Assembly (NCBI GenBank): GCA_965233585.1
Contig: CBDDTI010000352.1
Coordinates: 1 to 59,008, forward strand
Direction: 5' to 3'
Source: a bacterium
Lineage (GTDB): Bacteria; SAR324; NAC60-12
Length of the DNA stretch: 59,008 nucleotides
Shown: piece by piece, positions 23,845 through 35,476 of the stretch
How the letters are laid out: each line of letters starts with the position of its first letter
How positions within the stretch are numbered: position 1 is the stretch's first letter
Notes under the pieces: generated by a model
The model's input: only the letters and a program-made list of their open reading frames with translations
What the model was told of the DNA's origin: nothing
Database searches by the model: none
Program-made: the position numbers and the translations under genes

Positions 23845-26800
23845 TCAGGCAGGAGCAGCTGATGTTGCTGAGGTAGATGCAGCTGAGCTCGAGGAAATAG
23901 GTTCTAAAGATGAGCTTGCTGAGATAGCTAGGGTGGCTGACTTGAGCAGTTGCTCAAGATCCTCAGGCCCTGTGCTGAGAAAGGGCAACTTCTTGGCCTT
24001 GGCAGCCTCTGAGTGCAGGTGGTACCTGAGGCATTTGTAGGCATCACAGCTCAGGCAGCCTGATTGCCATCTGCACTTAGAACATTTTCCCAAGGCATGC
24101 TCCAGGAGCCTGACCTTGTGAACTGATTCCTCAGAGAGGTTTTTCCAGGTGAACCTCACTGAGTTCTTGTCCAGCTGCTGCTGAGCAGTAATGTAGGCAA
24201 CTGAGGTGATGTCCTTGAGCTTAGAAAGCTTTGCCTTAGCTTTTTCTTGTTGCTCAGCAGTCTTAGCCTTCTCAGATTGGAATTTCCCCCACCTGACCTT
24301 GGCAGCATCAGTGATAAGTTTTTGCTCAGCAATGACCTTGGTGCAAGCCATCTCCAACCTCTGCTTCCAGTTCTTCCACCCTGTCTCAGGCCAAACTGAG
24401 AGCCACTCTCCTCTGAGAAGCCTGATTTCTTCCTCCATGTAGTGAAGCACATAGCAGCCACAGGCATTGCTGCCCACAGGCTGCTTGGCAGAGTTGCTGA
24501 GTGGTGGAAGGATGAACTGAGGGTCAAGCAAGTTCCCCATGAGGATCTGCTGAGGATGAGATTCTTCATGCTCTTTGCTGAGGGAGTCATACCTCCTCCA
24601 AGTGATGGGTTGCCCAGTGCCTTCCCTCTGAGCTACCAGCAAAATCCAGTGAAACTGAGAATACACTGGAACCAGAAGAAGCCTGGTGCTCTCAGTCCAG
24701 CTGAGCTGCAAGCCTTGCTTCAAGCCATCCAGCTGCTCAGTATCCTCAGTCTCAAGAATCAGCTTGCTCAGGATGGGATCAATACAATGCACCCCAATTT
24801 CCTCTGGCTGAGGGACATTAGCCTTCTTGAAGCACCAGCTGAGAAGACACCAGCCAAACCAAAGGTGCTGATCCTCCATCTCAGGTATGTTGGCAGGGCA
24901 TGGCAACACTGTGTGAGTGGACCATTCCTCAGGGCCCATGCCAAGCTGATCATCAGGGTTGCAGCTCAGTTGGGACAGCCATAACTTGAGGTCATTCTTG
25001 CTGAGCTGGCTCCACTTAGGCCACTGAACTCTTGCAACAAAAGGCTTAGAGCTTTTGAGTTGCAGCCACTCAGGCTTAATCTGAAAGACTCCTGAGGTAG
25101 TGACCATGGTGTAGAAGCCTTTATCACCTTTGAAAGTGATCTTGCCTTCCTTGCCAAAGTGAAGCTTGCCTGCAGCATCTGAGGTGACAACAGCTTCCTG
25201 CATCAGAAGGGGGTCATCAGAATCTGGTGCTTCCTGAGGAGCCTCAGCAGGAGGAGGCAAAGGTGGTGGTGCCTTAGTTGCTTCCTCCTCACAAGTCTTC
25301 TTGGGCTCAGCATCTGAGATGGCTTGCTGCTGAGTGGCTTGCTCCTGAGTTTTCTTAGCAGCTTTCTTCAAGGATTTGAACTTAGCTGAAGGCTTGTTTT
25401 TGGCTGAGGGCTTGTTCTTCAAAGAATGTTTGAAGGCAAGGCTGAGCTTTTTCTTGCCTTGCTTCTGCTTCACCTCAGGCACCATCTCTGAGAAAGCTTC
25501 TTGTCTGCTTTGGGAACCAATTTTCTCAGATGCCTGTGCCACAATCTTCTGCCTGTGTTTTCTGAGCCATTTGTTTGCATGCCTCGCCCTGAGCCTCTTA
25601 GCCACATCTCTTTCCTTCTTTGCTTGGTACTCAGCTGTGCCCATTCTTCTGAATTGAGCTCTTCTGAGGGCAGGATGGATTCTCAGGGACAAGGAGTTCT
25701 GAAGCTCTAGCTCCAAGTCATCAGCAATGGCATCCTCTATCTCAGGCTTCTTCTCCTCTTCATCTAACTCTTTGTCATCCTCAGGATGCCGATAATCCCA
25801 TACTTGAAGATCTGAGATGTTCTTAGCTGTTTTGCTGAGATTCCAATCTGCCTTTATGGGCACCCCCTCATCATCTCTCCACTTGAGCCTGTCTCTGAGC
25901 CACTCAGGGTTGTACCTCTTGGTGCCAACCTCTAAGCCCATCTCCTTAGCCCAGCTCTGAGACAGCAGTTCTACAAGCCTCCCTGAGGCTGGATCAGGCC
26001 TGTAGACCAGGATCCCATTCCTGACTGCAGCTCTGAGAACCTAATTGTCATTGAGATTCTTCTCAGACATAAGCTCCTGAGCATGGACAACTGCAGTGAC
26101 AATCTCTAAGGGGCCAACTTTCCAAACTGAGTGCTCCTCCTTTCTCTGCTTCTGCCACTCAGCTCTGAGCTCAATGAGCCTCATTCTCACAATGGCTTTG
26201 AACTGCTTAGAAAAATCAGTGTCTGTGATTTGAAGCCTAGAGGTGCACTTCTCAGCCACCAGGCAACTGACCTGGTTTGCCAATGCCATGGCCTCAGTGG
26301 CTGTGTCACTGAACACTGAGCTGAAGCAGTCTCTCTGCCAGAGTGATGCTGGGTACTGCTGAGCTTGAGCTTCAATGCTCCAACTGAGGATGACTGAGTC
26401 CACATTGGCAGCTGGCTGCTGCATGAGCTCAATCTTTGACATGGGCTCAGGGTTGCTCGCCCTCAGCTTCCTATAGGGCAGTAAGACCCTACCAGCTGAT
26501 GTTCCCTGAGTTCTGGTGATGACAGTGTCACCTACTTTGAAGCTCTCAGTTTGGAGCCAAGTGCCTGAGTCTGAGATGTTGCTCAGTCTGGCCCATTGCC
26601 CTGGCACAACTAAGAGGCCTTTGCCCACTGAGCCAATAATCTCCTTATCCTCAGAAGCATAGACATTGTGCAGGAGCTGTCTTGCCTCATAGGTGATCCT
26701 GTATCTATCCTCCCCTGAGATTCCAATGAGAGTGGTGGATCCTGGCTGAGGCAAAGCTGGCTTGGCTGCTGGTGCTGAGGGCTGACTTGAGCTCGCTGCA

Positions 26801-28396
26801 CCTTGCTGGGTGCTGGCGTCTGCATCTTGCTGAGGGCTGGCTGGTACAATTTGCTCAGCATCTTCTGGAGATTGGCTTGGTGGAGCTGAGTCAAAGCTGG
26901 CCTTCTTCACCAGAGAATCTTTCTCAGAAAACTTGGAGGGAGAACCACTGTCTGCTGATGCAAAGCTGAGCTGCCTCACTACTGACCCCTTGGGAGATGA
27001 CTGAGATGACTCAAAGGTCAGCTGTTGTTTTGCCTTAGCCTTAGGTGCTGGTACCAATTGCTCAACAAGCATGTCAGGCCCACCAGCTGAGTGCATGACC
27101 TCCTTGATGGCTTCCCTAACTGAAGAAAATTCTTTGACATCATCAGATTTATGAAGCTCCTCCTGGGCAAAGACAGCTCTCCTCCCTGTAGCTTTGGCCC
27201 ACAAGGGCACCTGGTCTGAGAAGCCAATGACCAGTTGATGCCTTGCTGAGATGAACTGCACTGGGCCGCTGACCCTTTTGCTCTCAGCTAAGACCTGCTG
27301 AGATGCAAGTGTGCTCAGCCACAGGCTGTGGTCAAACTCCTGCCATGTCAGCTTAGTTCTGGTCTCAGCTTCAGTGGCTGAAATGTTGGTCACCAGCTCA
27401 GTGGCCATATACTTAGCATCAAGCCATGAAACAAGTCTGAAAGCAGTTATTTTCCTATATCCAGGATTTTCAAGCAACTTAGTCTTCCTCTCCTCTCTCT
27501 CTCTCTGTGCTATCTTTGAGCAACTCAGCTCTTTGCAAGGCAGTGATGTCCTTGTTTGATGCTTTGTTTCTGAGCTCATTTGCTGTGAGCTGCAGTCTGG
27601 CCATGTACTCAGCCATCAGATCCTGCTTAGAGATAGTGTTGCCACAAGCTCTTTCAAGACTGAGCCATTGCTTCATACTTGAGAGGATATCTGGGAAAGC
27701 AAGTTTTCTTCCACCTCCCTGAGCCCTCTTTCTCTTAGATTTCTCTTGTTTTCTGAGGTTCTTGAGCTTGCTCTGAGACACAAGTTGCTTGTATGACTCA
27801 TGGTTTGCCAGCATGTGGCTGAGTTGCTTTTTGGTGATGCCATACTTGCTGCTCTGAGCCTTCCAAAAATCCTCAAGCTTAGTGAACCTGGGCTTGTCTG
27901 CAAGCATCTCCTCACAGTACTTCACCTTTGTCTCAGCTGAGATTTCTGCTCTTTTGGTGGCTGAGCCTGGCTTCTTCCTGTTGGTACCTGATGAGCTGGC
28001 TTGTGGAGACTGCTGAGGTTCCCTCCTTACAAGCCTGGCTGTTTTCTTAGCTATCTCTATGAGTTCTGAATCTCTCTCAGCTTTTTGAGCCTTCAGCTCA
28101 GCATTTTCTCTCAGCAATTCATTCCTTTCCCTCATGGCATCCTGCTGAAATCTGCTGAGCCTTTGCCTTTTCTGAGGTACCAGTTCTTCTGACACTGGCT
28201 TCTCAGCACCTCTCTTCTGGCTTCCTGAGCCAAAAAACTTGCCAAGACCAGACTGCAACCTCCCTGAGCTGGGTGGTGAAGACTCAGGGCTGCCAGTAGA
28301 GCCCTTCTGAGGTGTAGATTCAGCTCCTCCACCTCTAGCTCTGAGCTGCTTCTTCACCTTAGTTGAATACAATGTTGAGGCAAATCCCCAAGACAT
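23845..28396 (-). pseudogene. pogo-family DD35D transposase fused to a Ulp1/SENP-like (C48) protease and a C-terminal Cys4 finger; disrupted by a (GA)n frameshift near 27495 and an in-frame TAG at 26041-26043
   Basis: HTH/CENP-B-like KRKRAQGGGRKLAFPDILSSMKQWLSLERACGNTISKQDL; DDE motifs IGFSDQVPLW, SLWQRDCF, CTSRLQITDTDFSKQFK (35 aa between D2 and D3); Ulp1 motifs LLLVPVYSQFHWILLV, YDSL, KQPVGSNACGCYVL; ORFs 26041..27579 and 23845..25941 share a frame with an open 33-codon bridge. Confidence 0.88.
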
Positions 28397-28439
28397 GTAT
28401 TAAAACCTAATTTCAAAACAGCTGAGAACTCAGTTTTTT

Positions 28440-29400
28440 CTAAGTGTTTTTGACTGAGTTCCCACATCTCCTGGCTTGGCCAAATGAAGAATCAAAAAAT
28501 CTTAGGTAATTAATTAATTAATATGGAAAGCATCAACCTTAGGCCATCATATCTATGACACATGCTCAAGTGCCATCAAGTTTCTTCTCTGAGGATGCCC
28601 AGCTGAGTGTTCACTTTGGAGACTGAGCCACTGAAGACATTCTTGAGCTGAGCTGATTTGGAAAGGAAGATCTTGATGATGTAGCCCAACAAGATCATGG
28701 CTGAGAACCAGCCCTTGGCATTGCAATCAACAATGAATTAATTAACTAATTAATTATATAATTATATAAGTGTACAATTGTACAGTTATATGCTTAGAGG
28801 AAGCTAGTGGAGAAACAAAAGTGTTTACTTACTTAAATCTTGCCTAAGATCCAGCTGAGCACTGTTGAAGAATTGTTCCAGAGCATTGAGCCTCTTGCTC
28901 AGATCCACTGAGTTACAGCCTGCAATGCAGGCTGCATGAGATGGAAAAAACATATTTCCTCAATTAATTAATTAGGTAAACAAAAGCCCATTCAATAGCC
29001 CAAGGTTTAAAACCAAAAAGCTGAGATGCAAGCTCAGATGCTGGCCATGCTGATCCCTGAGCTCATCACCAAGGCCAAGAAAGCAAAGGTTTTGAGCTGA
29101 GATGAAATAGCCATGCTGAGCCTTGGCTGACAAGATTTGAATTAATCAACTAAGCAACTGAGAACTGAAACAATGTAATTAACTAAGTAATTAAATATCC
29201 CACTTTTATATAGTAATTAATTAATTGACAACTTCTATTTCATAGGAAAAACTTGAGACAATAAAAAACAAAATTGGATACAAAAACCAAAACTTGATTT
29301 CATTCACAATCTCAGGAACTTCCAGTTGAAATAAGCTGATAGAGGAATAGTCGCTGCTGAGCTCTGGATGCTGCTGTGCACACATGCAAGCTCAGAACCA
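28440..29400 (-). other. Exon-like region upstream of the transposase, paralogous to 4000-4950; second copy near 57085-58045
   Basis: Shared blocks such as CCCACATCTCCTGGCT, GGAAAGCATCAACCTTAGGCCATCAT and GCTAGTGGAGAAACAAAAGTGTTTA. Confidence 0.7.
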
Positions 29401-29554
29401 AAACATCAAACTTTGCTGAAAGTGCTTTGCTGAGAAATAATTATTCAATTTCCCAAATGTATATAATTATATAATTATATAAAATTATATAATATCTTGC
29501 AAAAAAAAAAAAAAATCAAAACAACTTTTCAAGAGGTAGTCCATGAGCAACCCT

Positions 29555-30110
29555 GATACACAATAGTATGGTTTGTTTGGGGGTGCACTATTGTGTCCAG
29601 CTGCTTCCTGAGGTTATTTTTTTTCAACCATGTCCTTTACCTTATCCTTTAACTACTAAACTTTTTCTTTTACTTTTCTATTTTTCTTATAATTCTCAGA
29701 AATGACCAGTTTCCCAAAATATATGATGCCTTATTAAAACCCAATTAAAAAACATCACTCAAACAATTTTTCAAGGGGGTAGTCCATGAGCAACCCTGAT
29801 ACACAATAGTGTGGTTTGTTTGAGGGTACACTATTGTGTCCAGCTGCTTCCTGAGGTTATGTTTTTTTCAACCATTTCCTTTTCCTTTTCCTTTGCTAAA
29901 GTTTGTTTCTTTTATTTTCTCAATTAGTTTCTTTTATTTAGAATTCTCAGAAATGCCAAATTTCCCAAAATATATGATGCCTTATTAAAACCCAATTAAA
30001 AAATATCACTCAGACAATTTTTCAAGGGGGTAGTCCATCAGCAACCCTGATACACAATAGTGTGGTTTGTTTGAGGGTACACTATTGTGTCCAGCTGCTT
30101 CCTGAGTTGA
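29555..30110. repeat. Array of 3 hairpin repeats
   Basis: Same core. Confidence 0.9.
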
Positions 30111-30732
30111 TTTTTTGTTGCATTCCCTGTACCTTTTCCTTTGCTAAGATTTTTTTTTTGCTGTTTGAGTTTGAGTTTCTTTCATGTAAAATGCTCAGAA
30201 ATGCTCAATTTCTTAAAACATATGGTGCCTTATTTAATCCCAATTAAAAAACAGCATCCAACTCAGTGATTGCAGCCAGCTTCAATCTCCTTTTTCATCC
30301 AATGCCTCTAAGATCTGATGCTGTTGAGGAGCTGAGACATGATGAGAATTCAAAGTAGCTGATGATTGCTTAGTCTGCGCCAAGCTTTTAAAAAGTAGAA
30401 GCCAACTAAGCTCCATCAGAATTGCCCTGAGTGTTCCTCTGGTTGCTGCCAGCTGATGGCTGCCCAAGAACTTCCTTCTTATCCTCAGGTCCTGCCAGGG
30501 TGAAGACAGCTAAGAACAAGATAACCTAATTAATTATTTGGGTTGCAGAAGCAGCAATGAAGAATCCCACCACATCAGCTGCATTTTTGTACTTGCAAGC
30601 TGCTTCTCAGACTTAGCTGATGCCACAAATTTAATGCCAGACTTAGCTGATTGATTATTTAGCTGCTTAGCTGAGGTGATGCTTCAAAAAAACAACTGAG
30701 GCTTTTGCTCAGGCTGCAAACTCACTAATTAA

Positions 30733-31777
30733 TTAGTATGTTTCCAAATCAGGCTCAGTTGTGCCTTCAGTTGTTGCATTACTCCTCTGAGGAAGCTGCC
30801 AAGGAGCATTCTGATGATCATTGGCAGCCTCGGGCTCCTGTCTCCTCTGAGTTGCATCACTCCCCTGAGCAGCCTGAGCAACCTGCCAAGGAGCAGTCTT
30901 AAAAGAAGGTTTGGGTGGAGGCTCCTGTCTCTTCTGAGTTGCATCACTCCCCTGAGCAGCCTGAGCAACCTGCCAAGGAGCAGTCTTAAAAGAAGGTTTG
31001 GGTGGAGGCTCCTGGCTCTTCTGAGTAGCATCACTCCCCTGAGCAGCCTGAGCAACCTGCCAAGGAGCAGTCTTCTTAGAAGGTTTGGGTGGAGGCATCT
31101 GATGATCATTGGCAGCCTCAGGCCCCTGGGCAGCCTGAGAAGGCATGGGGGCAAACACATAAGCCAAAGAAGAAGGAGGAGCCTTGAAGACAGGAGCCTT
31201 AGACTGAGACTGCTTCATGTTCTGAAAGCTTTTCTTCTCCTCCATCTCAGTCAAAGCAGTGCTGATCTTCTCCTTGGCCTGAGTGAGTTCCAACTGCATC
31301 TGAGCTAAGAGGAGTTGCTCATCTTGCATCTTCTTAGCATCCTCCAAGATCTTGAAAAGAGTAAACTCCTGAGCATCCATGCCATACTTCAGAGCCTCAA
31401 GCTTCTGAGTGATCTCATTGTGGATGTTCTCAAGGGAGCCTATTTCACTGAGATCTTCAGCCCCTTGCACCAGCTTGATGAAGTGATAGTATGCTCAGGG
31501 TCAATCACAGCATATTGGGATTTGTAGTACCCCTCAGATTTGCTGGCCTGAGCTTTTGGCCTAGCCTTGGCTGAAGGAGCTGACTTGAACAACTGATACA
31601 ACTGAGAAGGCCCAGCAGATTTAGGAGGCTCAGCAGGCTCCAGTTTGTGCATGAACTGAGCACAATAGAAAGGCTCTGTGACAAACACCTGCCAGGGGAG
31701 TGGGCAAAGGTTGAGAATCATCTGGTAATACTGAGCAATGGTCTCCTTAGACCACCCATTGATATCCTGCAGGGTTG
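30733..31777 (-). pseudogene. Module 1 coiled-coil protein copy 2 (same frameshift as 366..1410)
   Basis: Identical split ORFs. Confidence 0.7.
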
Positions 31778-31880
31778 TAAGGGATGTGAAAAACCTATCA
31801 AACATACATTACAGTTTAGTGATGAATTAATTAATTATATGATTAGTTAATTGACTAGTAATCAAATCATGCCCACATGC

Positions 31881-32174
31881 TCAGAAACACAAAGAACAAA
31901 TGCATTCACACATGTTCAAACCCATGTCCTTGCAGAAGGTGCAGCCATTCTGAAATGGGATCCTGCTGAGCATCACCTTAGACCTGCAGTTAGGACACTG
32001 AACATAAGGCTCTTCATCATACCTTGGGTAATGTATGATCTCCTTAGGATCTGAGCCAGGACCAAATAGATCCTCCACTGAGGGAAAACTTGATGAAGGC
32101 CTCAGTCTGATCACAATGTGAGGGCCTGCCATAGCCCAGCTTAAGCCATGTGGGACTGAGTGAGGTTTGTCCAT
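31881..32174 (-). CDS. Module 1 Zn-ribbon-like protein copy 2
   Basis: Identical to 1514..1807. Confidence 0.65.
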   Translation of the reverse strand: MDKPHSVPHGLSWAMAGPHIVIRLRPSSSFPSVEDLFGPGSDPKEIIHYPRYDEEPYVQCPNCRSKVMLSRIPFQNGCTFCKDMGLNMCECICSLCF

Positions 32175-32253
32175 GGCTGAGTTGCAGCTGAGTTGGGATT
32201 CAAATATGCTCACTATGGGCTTGAGTTCATTAAGCAGCTGAGCTATCACACAA

Positions 32254-32484
32254 TCATGCATTCCTGAACAAAGCTGAGCACAAGTCCAAGACCATGAGCA
32301 AGCTTGGAACCAACCCCACACCACCAGAACCAACCCTGAGTCCTCTCTCAGCTTTGCCACCCTTCTGAGATGCATCCTTAGGGTTGAGCTTCAGGTAATC
32401 CACAACTTCTTTTGCTGAGAGACCATAATCTTCAATTGCCTGAAGAAAGACTTGTCTCTGCTCCTGAGAAAACTTTGGTGCCAT
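32254..32484 (-). CDS. Module 1 small helical protein copy 2
   Basis: Identical to 1887..2117. Confidence 0.5.
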   Translation of the reverse strand: MAPKFSQEQRQVFLQAIEDYGLSAKEVVDYLKLNPKDASQKGGKAERGLRVGSGGVGLVPSLLMVLDLCSALFRNA

Positions 32485-33069
32485 GGCTGAGGAAGTGAAC
32501 TGGCTAGCCTGAGAGCTTCTTAAACTTGGGATTGAGCCCTCACAAGCTGAGAAATGGACCCTTGCTGAGGTGAACACAAGAAAAACCAATTGAAAATAAT
32601 TAATTAACTTGAAGTCAACTGAAAATCCTTTGAAATCAATTGGAAGTAAATTGATTTAAATTGAACATCAATTGGAATCAATTGGAAATCAGTTGAAAGT
32701 AATTGATTAATTAATTTAAAATCAATTGAAAATGCATTGAAATTCAACTTACTTCAATTGAAAATTCATTGAAAGTAAATAGATATCAACTGAACATAAT
32801 TAATTAATTAATTACTTATGTTTGTTTTGGTGGTCCACTATTGTGTTCAGCTACTTATTGAGGTCAATTGTCTTTAGAAACATTCCCTTTACCTTTTTCC
32901 TGTGCTAAAGTTTTTTCTTAGAATTATGTGTCAACCCAGACCATGTCACAGTTCCTTATCACTTTTTTTTGCTTACACTGAATGTCAAAGCTTTATTTGC
33001 TGAGATTTGCGCAGTTTGGCTCAGAACATAGTATATAGCAAATAATGTTTTTCTAAGAGTTTGCTGAGA

Positions 33070-35325
33070 TCTAAACTAAGAATAATGCTCATGAGCCAGA
33101 TTGAAAATGAATCTCAGCTGAGAGGAAGAGACAGGTAGCCTTGCTTAGAAGGCACCTGAGGAAATTGAAAATTAATTACTGCTGAGAATTTTTTCTCAGC
33201 ACTTGCAGATCCAAAGAACCACTCAAGTTCTTTCTCATGAGCATCTACCTGAGCTGCAGGCTACATCAAATTTTAACAATGTCTTCAGTTGAAAAAATAA
33301 TCATGTTCCAAAAACATTGATGGCCCAAAAGTAAAAATACATTTTTCAATGAGCAACCTCAGTCTGAGTGTTCCAAGGTGGAAGTGCATCAGGAGGAGAA
33401 ATGTCACTGAGGTCAATGGAGTCCAATACTGAGAATTTCTCAGCCTGAGAAGGAAATAATAAACACAACATCACATGAACTAGTTAATCTAAAGACTATG
33501 TTGAAGTTGTTGCTTACCCCAATGCTCAAGTTAAAACAAACTAATTCAAGCTGAGCAATCTTGGTTTTCAGGCCATTTTGCCTGGTCAGAGCAGCTTGGC
33601 AATGCTGCTTAGCCATACTCCATCCTGAGGTGTGAGTAAGATTATGCTCTAAGTCAAACTCCTTGCGCATAAAGACTGATTCAAGCTCTGGGCGCATTGT
33701 GTTCTGCACCAGAAGCACCTCATGGCTGAGCTCTTGCTCAGATGCCTCAGTCTTGTAGATGGCCTGAGATTGTTTGGCATCACAGCATGGTAAAAGATAT
33801 TGCTGATCAGTTAAACTTAAGAAAGAACTAATGAAAAGTAAAATTGCAAATAGAAAAAATACCAACACAAAAAAAATGTCATTGATTAATTATCCTGAGT
33901 TGCTCTGAGAAAACGCTGATATTGCACCCCCTCCTGGATGCTGAGGATAGCTGTGCTGAGCAACAAATCCCATTCCATCTCTAAGTCCTCAGTTGCTGAA
34001 GCATTCTTGTTTCATTAATTACTAAGCACACAGATTTGATCTTAAACAAATCTATTAATTGATTAATTAATTAATATAATTGATTAATTAGTTAATTCAT
34101 TAATTAATTGCATTGAAAAAAACATAAAACTGACAGTGGCTTTAACCAAGACACCATGTTGGTATACTGAGAGACTCCTTTACTTCCACTCAGAAAGGAC
34201 CACTTCTGAGTGTTTATGAACTCCAAATAGAGCTGAGATCCTCCAGCCTGGGGGCTGAAGTCATTGAAGTGCTGCTTGAGGTGTCTCAGGACATCCCATG
34301 GCCTCCCCTGAGAAAGGTCCACCCTGAGTTCCATTGATTGCAGCTTGGAGTTGCCATACTCAGATGAGGTCAAGTGTTCTTGACTGAGCTCCCACATCTC
34401 CTGGCTGGGTCAAATGAACCAACTAAAAAGGAATATGTTTTTTTGAGATAATTCATTAATTAATATGGAAAGCATCAACCTTAGGCCATCATCTTTCTGA
34501 CATATGCTCAAGTGCCACCAAGTTTCCTCCCTCAGGTTGCCTATCTGAGTGTCCAGTTTCTCAACTGAGTTACTGAACAGCTTCAGATCAGAGGATATCT
34601 CAAGCAAAGTCTTGAGGATGATGCTCAGGAGGATGATAGCTGAGCATATTCCCTTGGCATTGCAACCAAGAACTTATCAAGAATGTGTCTAAAAATGATA
34701 GGAACCCAGTTATTTGCTTGGAGAAAGCTAGTGGAGAAACAAAAGTGTTTATTTACTTAAATCTTGCCCAAGATCCAGCTGAGAACTGGTCAAGAGTGGT
34801 TCCAACCCACTCAGCCTCTTGCTCAGATCAACTGAGTTGCAGCCTGCAATGCAGGCTGCATGAGATGGAAAAACCATATTTCCTCAATTAATTAATGCGG
34901 TTAACAAAAACCCATTCAATAGCCCAAGGTTTAAAACCAAAAAGCTGAGATGCAAGCTCAGATGCTGGCAATGCTTATCCCTGAGCTCATCACCAAGGCC
35001 AAGAAAGCAAAGGTTTTGAGCTGAGTTGAAATAGCCATGCTGAGCCTTGGCTGACAAGATTAGAATTTAGCAACTGAAAACTGAAACAAGGTAATTAATT
35101 AAGTATTTAAATATACCACTTTTATACAGTAATTAATTGACAACCTCTATTTCATAGGAAAAAACTTGATACAATAAAAAAAATGCAACAAAAAACAAAA
35201 CTTAAATTTCATTGACAATCTCAGGAACACAGTTGACAGGAGCTGAAGGAAGCTGAGGCTGCTCTGGGCACTGCTGAGCTTTGGATGCTGCTGTGCACAC
35301 ATGCAAGCTCTGAGGCAAAACATCA
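33070..35325 (-). CDS. Probable multi-exon unknown gene copy 2
   Basis: Near-identical to 2700-4950. Confidence 0.4.
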
Positions 35326-35476
35326 GGTTTTGTTTAATTGTAATTACTTTCTTAGTTTCTTTCATTTGAAATTCCCAGAAATGCCCAATTTCCCAAACTA
35401 TATAATGCCTTATTAAAACCCAATTTAAATACATCTCTCAAACAATTTTTCAAGGTGGTAGTCCATGAGCAACCCT

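Noticed and set aside
26041..26043. Alternative genetic code (TAG/TGA reassignment)
   Set aside because: Other premature stops are sense codons in sister copies, and TAG, TGA and TAA all end ORFs normally
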